A DNA stretch of 14,483 nucleotides, from IMG/VR virus record IMGVR_UViG_3300027763_000047, positions 70,308-84,790 of that record; one strand, given 5' to 3'. Each line of letters starts with the position of its first letter. The first letter of the stretch is position 1. The notes below the pieces were generated by a model that saw only the letters and a list, made by a program, of their open reading frames with translations, searched no databases and was not told the origin of the DNA. The DNA is from a virus. Its lineage: Duplodnaviria; Heunggongvirae; Uroviricota; Caudoviricetes. This document shows positions 1 through 6,125 of this stretch, piece by piece. The translations under genes were made by a program, and so were the position numbers.

Positions 1-2
1 CA

Positions 3-65
3 AAAGGTCGTAAAGGGCAGTTAGCTCGTTGGCAGCTGAATATGCGAAATGGACATAAGAAATAA
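3..65 (+). CDS. 3' end of upstream hypothetical protein (partial, ...KGRKGQLARWQLNMRNGHKK*)
   Basis: Frame 3 is open from the window start to TAA at 63-65, on the same strand as the rest of the block. Confidence 0.6.
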   Translation, partial: KGRKGQLARWQLNMRNGHKK

Positions 66-69
66 TCCG

Positions 70-78
70 CTAAATACA
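70..78 (+). promoter_or_regulatory. Candidate T4-type late promoter (CTAAATACA)
   Basis: TAAATA core in the 15-nt intergenic gap, resembling the T4 late consensus TATAAATA. The same 9-mer recurs upstream of the clamp gene (9723-9731). Confidence 0.55.
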
Positions 79-80
79 GT

Positions 81-368
81 ATGGCCAAACAATTTGTACG
101 CATACTGAGTAATATTGATTGCGAATGGGAGGGAATAAGCCCCATTTACCGTTTGTACATTAATAACGAGTTGTTTACCGAACGTACTTGGGTCTGGACT
201 GATAGTGCCCTGGAAGAAAACCTACAGGTTGAAGCTGAACCAGGTGTATATGAGGTAAGATATGAGTTGCTATCACCTAATTTAGCCCAGCTAAAGATAG
301 GCAGTTTATCAGTAGATTTTGGACCAGCAGAAATACTGGACGATGCGCATTTTAGGATATTAGAATGA
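81..368 (+). CDS. Hypothetical protein, 95 aa, probably beta-rich
   Basis: ORF follows the TAAATA motif and is ATGA-coupled to the next gene. No recognisable catalytic motif. Confidence 0.75.
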   Translation: MAKQFVRILSNIDCEWEGISPIYRLYINNELFTERTWVWTDSALEENLQVEAEPGVYEVRYELLSPNLAQLKIGSLSVDFGPAEILDDAHFRILE

Positions 369-571
369 GATTGTATGAATTTGTGGGACTCAAGGAAGAT
401 GCATCGGCAGGCGCCACTAGCTCAGGTAGCATTGCCACTGTGTCTATGCCCATGGGTACAGTTCAGCGTAGAATTAGTCCAGATAATTTATTTTTAGGTA
501 AATATACTACTGAGTTGAATTCAACGCCTAATACGCCGGATTCATATAAACAATACAAACGGAAAAAGTAA
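365..571 (+). CDS. Small hypothetical protein, possible internal head protein
   Basis: ATGA overlap upstream and TAATG overlap downstream. N-terminus MRLYEFVGLKE|D resembles T4 capsid-targeting leaders. Confidence 0.7.
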   Translation: MRLYEFVGLKEDASAGATSSGSIATVSMPMGTVQRRISPDNLFLGKYTTELNSTPNTPDSYKQYKRKK

Positions 572-1011
572 TGCTAACAGACTTGATGAAAATATTATTG
601 GCTAGTGACTTCAGTTACTACTTGAAGGCGCACTTTTTTCACTGGAACGTGGAAGGTAAGGACTTTTACCAATATCACCAATTCCTACAGGCAGTATACG
701 AAGACGCTTATGAAGCTGTGGATACTATCGCAGAATTTATTCGTACGCTGGATGAATACGCCCCGGGTAGCTTATCACGCTACCAAGAATTAACACATAT
801 TCAAGATCAAACTAAAGTGCCACGTGCCCAATTGATGTTGGAAGAATTACTTCATGATTCACACATTATGGTTGAACTTCTTAATGAATGTTTTGCTGCT
901 GCTACTCAAGAAAACAAGCAAGACATAGCAAATTTTATCGCTGAAAGATTAACTGCTACCAACAAGTTTATCTGGATGCTGTCAAGTTTTTTGAGAGAAG
1001 CTAGAGCATAA
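571..1011 (+). CDS. dps: Dps family DNA-protecting mini-ferritin
   Basis: KAHFFHWNVEG (HWNVxG), YHQFL, VDTIAE and C-terminal KFIWML match Dps signatures. His/His/Asp/Glu ferroxidase ligands are present. 146 aa. Confidence 0.92.
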   Translation: MLTDLMKILLASDFSYYLKAHFFHWNVEGKDFYQYHQFLQAVYEDAYEAVDTIAEFIRTLDEYAPGSLSRYQELTHIQDQTKVPRAQLMLEELLHDSHIMVELLNECFAAATQENKQDIANFIAERLTATNKFIWMLSSFLREARA

Positions 1012-1703
1012 TGAGAGACGAAATTTACAGTATTGTTGAAAGATTAGCTGCCCTGGAAGGACGTATCGATACCCAGGCAAGCGGGACTATTACAGAATCT
1101 CGACAGAAAAAACCAGCCCTTTTCAACTACCTGAAAAGAACTGACGAAATGTTTAGTCCCGGCGTGTCGGGTGTAGAGTTTGCTGAAGATACTGTTGAAG
1201 AAGATGTACTGGCCCGAGTTAAACAAGGACTAGCCGACTATCTCAAATCCGCGGAAGATGGTAAACAGGACAAAACTTTAATTAAAAAACAAAAACAAGA
1301 TTTAGATTTAAAGAAAAAAGAATTACGTGATCGAACACTACAAACTAAAGACCCGACCCATGTAAGTGATATGGAAGAAGATCCAACACAAGGTCCACAT
1401 TCATCAGCATCGGGCGGCGGATCAAACCCCACATATGCACGTGAAAGCCGTGAAACTGCACCTGTTAAGACTATACATATTCCGGTAGGTGAAGAAGTTG
1501 GACTGAGTGGCGGTGGTGGTAGTACGCTAGTGGAAATACATGGCGATGAGCGCGATGGGTTCTGTATTAAATGTGCTGGTAAAGAAATGCGGTCTCGATT
1601 TAAGACCCTGGATGAATGCCAAATAGCATTGGAAATGTATATGGCACACCGTAGAGCCAAACACGAAAGCGGTGGCACTGATGATTATATTGAGGAAGCA
1701 TAA
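1011..1703 (+). CDS. Hypothetical protein, 230 aa, charged and low-complexity
   Basis: TAATG-coupled on both sides. Lys-rich coiled-coil-like centre and several hydrophobic-x-Glu sites (ITE|S, FAE|D, VEE|D, MEE|D). Confidence 0.8.
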   Translation: MRDEIYSIVERLAALEGRIDTQASGTITESRQKKPALFNYLKRTDEMFSPGVSGVEFAEDTVEEDVLARVKQGLADYLKSAEDGKQDKTLIKKQKQDLDLKKKELRDRTLQTKDPTHVSDMEEDPTQGPHSSASGGGSNPTYARESRETAPVKTIHIPVGEEVGLSGGGGSTLVEIHGDERDGFCIKCAGKEMRSRFKTLDECQIALEMYMAHRRAKHESGGTDDYIEEA

Positions 1704-4700
1704 TGAATTTGTTTAACCTGTTTGAAAATGACCGTTCGAGAAGAAATAAGGCACGTACTATCAGAGATCTATTCGACAGATGGACTAACAGTGAATACGC
1801 ACCTTTCAATAGTGATTCCGGTGACCATAATGAAGTTATACGTAAAGCAGCAAGTTTCTTACAGGATATTGTAGACCCCAGTCAAGTTGAAAGATTGTCA
1901 CATAAATTAAGCGACTATTGGCATGGCGAAGATGGCATGGAGTTAGATGAAAAGCTGGGCTCACAGTTGGTTAATCGTCGTCAAGCACACGCTCTTATCA
2001 CCAAATTTAAAAGACATAGTTTTGGAGAAGGCGATGCATCTGAATCAGAAGGTGCTGGTGTATTTGATGTTGGTGATCATGTACTGTTTAAAGGGCATTC
2101 GGCCGAGGTTATTGAGGTAGATGGAACAGCAGCCACTATACGTGTTCCTAATTGGAAAAATGTTTCTGGTATGGTTGACGATACTACGGAAGTTGATCCT
2201 GCAAGTCATTTCTTAACACCCATAATGTCGGAAAGCGACAGTGGGACAGTTGATATGACGGGTAAGAAATGTACTGCTTGTAAAAAAGGCACTTATCAAG
2301 AAACTAGTCAGCACGACGACATGGATGGGGTGCTACATTGCACCAAGTGTCGCAAGGAAGTCAAGCGTCATCAGTCTGCTAAACCAAAAGAGAAAGGTGT
2401 GTCGGAAGGCAAAAAGGTAGATCGTTTTGTTGGGTATGTTGAAAAGAGCGAGGAAAAGGCCGGCAAGTCAAAGAAAGATGCCGAAAGCATTGCTTGGGCC
2501 ACAGCCAACAAACGTGGTATGCTGGATAACAAGAATAAAAAAAAAGTTAAAGAAGATAGCATAGCTGATCAAGCAGCTAGAGATACACAGACTATGATGC
2601 AGGCATTCCAATCTGGACAAATGAAGCCCCAGGAGTTTGCACCTGGAGAAATCAAACCTTCTCAAATATATGGTCATCCCAAATGGCGAGAAACTATACA
2701 GGCTATGCTTAAAAAATATCCTAACAATCAAGAGCAAGGACGACAAGCTGCCGTAGATGCAATCAAACAAATGATCCAACAGGGAAATATTCAGGAAGGA
2801 TTATCCAAAGAATTAGGTAAATGGATGAAATCCACATCTGGAAAAAGAATTTCGGAAGCAGGAGAATCAAACAATTATACTGCTAATGGATTTGTTGGAT
2901 CCGACACTGGCGGCGGAGCATTTAGTGGATATAGAAGTCAACAGCGCCGGCCGACATGGTCGATCCAAGGCACCCCGCCACCTGCAATGCAATATCAAAA
3001 AGGTCCTGCGCCAGCTAATCCCCCTGAAATGCAATATCAAAAAGGTCCGGCTCCTGCCAGCAAAACTCCATTTAATTTCAGCGATTACGAATATGGCCCT
3101 GATAACACTACAATAGTCCCGAAGAAAAAGGCTGCACCGCCCGAGCCGAAAATAGATCAAACCTTTAGAGATAATCCTCCGGCCTATTTGCCTGACGTAG
3201 AAACTAAAGATCAGTTCAACCAGAGGACGCAGCAATGGCAGCAGAAGTTCGGCCCTCAACTGGGTGGTACTACTTCTGCGCCGGGGTACGAACAACCTGC
3301 ACCTGGGAAAAAGGCACCAACTGACACTTCTGATCCATTAGCAAAAAATAATTCACAATATGCTGTTCCTAATATGCCCAGTAGCCCAGTAGATACTACT
3401 AATCCATTAGCACCAAATAATTCACAATATGCTGCTCCTCCTAGCGTACCAACTCCTGCGCCACAGAGTGCTGCTCCGGCACCACAGAGTGCTGCTCCGG
3501 CACCACAGAGTGCTGCTCCGGCACCACAGAGTGCTGCTCCTGCACCACAAAAATCACGCCCAGGGTTGGCACCAGGTGCTGATCCGCAGGTTTATGATTG
3601 GCAACAAGAATTAAGAAAGAAGAATCCAGCACTCGTTGCAGACGGACTATGGGGTCCTGGTACAGATGCCGAAGCAAAACGACAACCTGACATTAAGCCG
3701 CCGGAGACAGCTAAACCAATGCCAGCTCAACCCGTGCCGCGTCAACAACCAGCACAACCAAAAACAACTGCACCTGAAGAACCTGCGCAACAAACTGGAC
3801 CAGTTACTACAACAATCAGTTCAGACGAAGCTGAAAGACGTAGACGCGAAGGCGGTGTCATGGCACCAAAAAGTGGCGCTGAGGACTATTTTAATCAACA
3901 CTATAATCCGGACGGTACTGAAAAAGTACAACCTGCACCAGTACGTCCTAAGCCTGCGCCGGCACGGCCGGCACCTGCTCCACAGCCGGCACAACCCGCA
4001 CCAGTACGCCCTAGCCCTGCCCCACAGCAAGCACAACCTGCGCCACCAGTAAAGGCACAGCCTAGCCCTGAAATGGGGCAAGCGATGCCTGCGCCGGGGT
4101 ACGAAGAGCCTGCACCTAGGAAAAAAGCACCACCTGAGTCGAAACTCGAATACTACCGCCGAACAGATCCCAAAGGATACGAACGCTATATGTACCTCCA
4201 AAACCTCAGCCAAACAGATCCCAAAGAATACGAACGCCAAATGCGACAATTAAATCCCCAAAATTACCCACCACAAACTGAGTCAAAGAATAACTCCAAG
4301 CCCAAGAGTATGAAACGTGCAGCCAATGACGCAACAGGTGCCAAGTTTGGTGGATACTATAAAGGTACACAAAAAGGTGCGCCACGACCAGGACAAGGTT
4401 TTGGCTCCATGGAAGAAGGTATCGCCGGCAACATGACAGTTCGTTCTGATACACTGACCAATTTAAAGAAACCTGAAGATTTGACCATGAAGACGGCGGA
4501 TCCACTTAAAGGAAATCCTAACCGTAATGCATTGGTAAGCGCACAAGCAAGAAACCTTGTGGCCAAGGGTGCTCAGACAGCTGGTCCAGGAACAGGGGCT
4601 CATACAAATAAAGCTCTGGATGTTAAGAAAGGTGACTTCCGTAAAATGAAGCACAAAGGTTCTTTTGATTTTTCAGAATCAACTAACTTTTTAGCCTGGG

Positions 4701-5068
4701 CCATGGCATCTGGGTATAACGTTATTGGCAATCCAGCAGTATATGAATCTGCCAAGTACGAATACAATATGCTATTAGCAGAAGTAAAAAAAAAAGTTAA
4801 AGAAGCTGTAGATCCCAACGCAGCAGCACCAGCCGCTGCGCCTGCTGCACCTCCTGCTCCGCCGCCGCCTACACCCGACGACAATATTCCCGACCTAAAG
4901 CCGGGACAATATTTTGTTTGGCGTGTATATTTTGATGATGGTACCAAAACACGTATGAAGATTACAGATCCCAAGTTTGATGTAAATAAATATTATGCTG
5001 ATAAAAATATATCAGTGATTAATGTAGATTACAATTGGAAACCTAGAGGTAAAGCTAATGCAGTTTGA
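1703..5068 (+). CDS. 1121-aa mosaic low-complexity protein, putative internal head or virion protein. Contains an SH3/KOW-like segment, a CxxC...CxxC zinc ribbon, a PG_binding_1-like motif and Pro/Ala/Gln repeats
   Basis: Long uninterrupted ORF, TAATG-coupled. FDVGDHVLFKGHSAEVIEVDG (about 2063-2125), CTAC...CTKC (2270-2350), VYDWQQELRKKNPALVADGLWGPGT (within 3572-3685). Confidence 0.85.
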   Translation: MNLFNLFENDRSRRNKARTIRDLFDRWTNSEYAPFNSDSGDHNEVIRKAASFLQDIVDPSQVERLSHKLSDYWHGEDGMELDEKLGSQLVNRRQAHALITKFKRHSFGEGDASESEGAGVFDVGDHVLFKGHSAEVIEVDGTAATIRVPNWKNVSGMVDDTTEVDPASHFLTPIMSESDSGTVDMTGKKCTACKKGTYQETSQHDDMDGVLHCTKCRKEVKRHQSAKPKEKGVSEGKKVDRFVGYVEKSEEKAGKSKKDAESIAWATANKRGMLDNKNKKKVKEDSIADQAARDTQTMMQAFQSGQMKPQEFAPGEIKPSQIYGHPKWRETIQAMLKKYPNNQEQGRQAAVDAIKQMIQQGNIQEGLSKELGKWMKSTSGKRISEAGESNNYTANGFVGSDTGGGAFSGYRSQQRRPTWSIQGTPPPAMQYQKGPAPANPPEMQYQKGPAPASKTPFNFSDYEYGPDNTTIVPKKKAAPPEPKIDQTFRDNPPAYLPDVETKDQFNQRTQQWQQKFGPQLGGTTSAPGYEQPAPGKKAPTDTSDPLAKNNSQYAVPNMPSSPVDTTNPLAPNNSQYAAPPSVPTPAPQSAAPAPQSAAPAPQSAAPAPQSAAPAPQKSRPGLAPGADPQVYDWQQELRKKNPALVADGLWGPGTDAEAKRQPDIKPPETAKPMPAQPVPRQQPAQPKTTAPEEPAQQTGPVTTTISSDEAERRRREGGVMAPKSGAEDYFNQHYNPDGTEKVQPAPVRPKPAPARPAPAPQPAQPAPVRPSPAPQQAQPAPPVKAQPSPEMGQAMPAPGYEEPAPRKKAPPESKLEYYRRTDPKGYERYMYLQNLSQTDPKEYERQMRQLNPQNYPPQTESKNNSKPKSMKRAANDATGAKFGGYYKGTQKGAPRPGQGFGSMEEGIAGNMTVRSDTLTNLKKPEDLTMKTADPLKGNPNRNALVSAQARNLVAKGAQTAGPGTGAHTNKALDVKKGDFRKMKHKGSFDFSESTNFLAWAMASGYNVIGNPAVYESAKYEYNMLLAEVKKKVKEAVDPNAAAPAAAPAAPPAPPPPTPDDNIPDLKPGQYFVWRVYFDDGTKTRMKITDPKFDVNKYYADKNISVINVDYNWKPRGKANAV
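2986..3048 (+). repeat. Identical 21-nt direct repeat AATGCAATATCAAAAAGGTCC x2 (period 42 nt; MQYQKGPAP)
   Basis: Copies at 2986-3006 and 3028-3048. Confidence 0.9.
3323..3439 (+). repeat. Imperfect direct repeat, period 69 nt (DTSDPLAKNNSQYAVP / DTTNPLAPNNSQYAAP)
   Basis: Copies start at 3323 and 3392 and share AATAATTCACAATATGCTG. Confidence 0.85.
3455..3549 (+). repeat. In-frame tandem repeat, 21-nt unit CCGGCACCACAGAGTGCTGCT, about 4.5 copies (PAPQSAA)
   Basis: Units start at 3455, 3476, 3497 and 3518, with a partial unit at 3539. No spacers between units. Confidence 0.95.
4162..4237 (+). repeat. 25-nt direct repeat with one mismatch (TDPKGYER / TDPKEYER), period 51 nt
   Basis: Copies at 4162-4186 and 4213-4237. 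Confidence 0.88.
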
Positions 5069-5147
5069 TAACGAGTATCCAGTATATCCCGAACAACAGG
5101 AAGGTGACGACAGTGATTACAAGCGTAATCCATACGCACCTACCTGA
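5058..5147 (+). CDS. Small ORF absent from the supplied track, 29 aa: MQFDNEYPVYPEQQEGDDSDYKRNPYAPT
   Basis: ATG at 5058 with SD-like GAGGT at 5046-5050. Overlaps the last 11 nt of the upstream gene and fills most of the 5069-5177 gap. TGA at 5145-5147. Confidence 0.6.
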   Translation: MQFDNEYPVYPEQQEGDDSDYKRNPYAPT

Positions 5148-5177
5148 ATAGACAGACGTTACGGCGACAAATAACCT

Positions 5178-5732
5178 ATGCATATACACGAAATTATTAC
5201 AGAAACAGAAGATATCAGTCGACAATTAACCCAAGCACAGTTTATGCAAGGGCAATGTGCTGTATTAGCCCTCACGATACATAACATTGATTTCTGGAGG
5301 TATCAATTGGGATTTATTTACGAATTCTTTGATGAGATGCCAGACATATACTTAGATCCTGACGAATTTGCAGCATTAGATCCACATATGCAACAAAGTA
5401 TAAAAACCGATGATCGACATTGGGCGTTGACTCACGCTTATGTAATGGATTCTCGAACAGGGGAGTACATAGATGCAACAGGGCGACACAAAAATCCCCC
5501 TGATATTGGATATGGATTTAATGCCACACGGCACAATAAATTTCCTGCAGAGAGTGTAGACTTGGTAAGAGTCAGTACCCATATGGAGTGGGACGAGCAA
5601 AAAGAAGAGTGGATTATACTACGTGGGTGGGACGCTCTTGATAAAGTATACACCCCCGAAAATAAACAAAAAGCCCGAGAATACGCTATTAAGTATTTGG
5701 GGGTTAAAGACCCTGCCTTAGGGACCGTTTGA
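5178..5732 (+). CDS. Hypothetical protein with a candidate transglutaminase/papain-like Cys-His-Asp triad
   Basis: GQC27AVLA, H86AYV and YID99AT. Leader MHIHEIITE resembles a capsid-targeting sequence. Confidence 0.75.
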   Translation: MHIHEIITETEDISRQLTQAQFMQGQCAVLALTIHNIDFWRYQLGFIYEFFDEMPDIYLDPDEFAALDPHMQQSIKTDDRHWALTHAYVMDSRTGEYIDATGRHKNPPDIGYGFNATRHNKFPAESVDLVRVSTHMEWDEQKEEWIILRGWDALDKVYTPENKQKAREYAIKYLGVKDPALGTV

Positions 5733-5804
5733 TGCTGCGGTAAAGGCGTCCGTGCAATTGAACTGCCCCGCGTAGTGGGCGGGGGATAAAGTAACCCCCA
5801 TTTT
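5711..5804 (+). other. GC-rich, multi-helix element (candidate structured RNA or regulatory element)
   Basis: 54 of 90 nt are G+C in 5711-5800, within an otherwise AT-rich window. Helices: 5711-14/5720-23, 5724-28/5737-41, 5731-36/5745-50, 5765-68/5777-80 and 5781-85/5795-99. Confidence 0.5.
5781..5804 (+). terminator. Possible intrinsic terminator GGGGG-ataaagtaa-CCCCC-ATTTT
   Basis: 5-bp GC stem followed by a short U tract at the end of the left gene block. The large loop and short U tract make it weak. Confidence 0.4.
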
Positions 5805-5814
5805 ACCATTACTC

Positions 5815-5842
5815 TTGTTTAATATAGCGATTAATGTATAAT
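5815..5842 (+). promoter_or_regulatory. Sigma70-like promoter for the replication block (TTGTTT-16 nt-TATAAT)
   Basis: Perfect -10 TATAAT at 5837-5842, -35-like TTGTTT at 5815-5820, SD AAGGA at 5854-5858 and ATG at 5865. Confidence 0.6.
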
Positions 5843-5864
5843 ATATTTTTAACAAGGAACTATT

Positions 5865-6125
5865 ATGTCAGACAGAATCTTTTCAGGCGAAGCTACTAAA
5901 AAACTCGAATCAATGATTAACGAGGGTATGGCAGTTATGCAGGAAATCGAAACACTTACCGGTGGATTGAATGACACCATTAAAGCCGTAGCAGAAGAAT
6001 TGGAAATTAAACCCGGTATCCTTAAAAAGGCAATTCGGTTAGCACACAAATCTGAATTTGGCCGCGAACAGCAGGATCATGAATTGTTGGAAACTATCCT
6101 AACACAGGTCGGGAAAACTCTTTAA
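5865..6125 (+). CDS. Small helical dsDNA-binding protein, T4 DsbA-like
   Basis: 86 aa with a good SD. The pattern LNDTIKAVAEELEIKPGILKKAIRLAHK...EQQDHELLETIL parallels T4 DsbA in size and spacing. Abuts the polymerase. Confidence 0.65.
   Translation: MSDRIFSGEATKKLESMINEGMAVMQEIETLTGGLNDTIKAVAEELEIKPGILKKAIRLAHKSEFGREQQDHELLETILTQVGKTL

Larger units (their letters stand above)
3276..4132 (+). repeat. Dispersed 44-nt imperfect direct repeat (APGYEQPAPGKKAP / APGYEEPAPRKKAP)
   Basis: Copies at 3276-3319 and 4089-4132, read directly. Confidence 0.85.

Noticed and set aside
3455-3549. 21-nt repeats as a CRISPR array
   Set aside because: Units are contiguous with no spacers and are in frame within a CDS.
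2886-4052. Alternate-frame + strand ORFs (2886-3116, 3429-3614, 3636-4052; also 10765-11064 outside this span)
   Set aside because: Shadows of stop-poor or repetitive coding sequence nested in real genes.
5705-5750. Programmed -1 frameshift at the pseudoknot
   Set aside because: No XXXYYYZ slippery heptamer 5-9 nt upstream and no long downstream frame to shift into.
5745-5804. SAM-II/SAM-V riboswitch (GCAATTGAACTG resembles SAM-V) or a hammerhead, twister, pistol or HDV ribozyme
   Set aside because: The required downstream pairing, A-rich tail and catalytic cores could not be found by eye. A covariance-model search is needed to exclude these fully.
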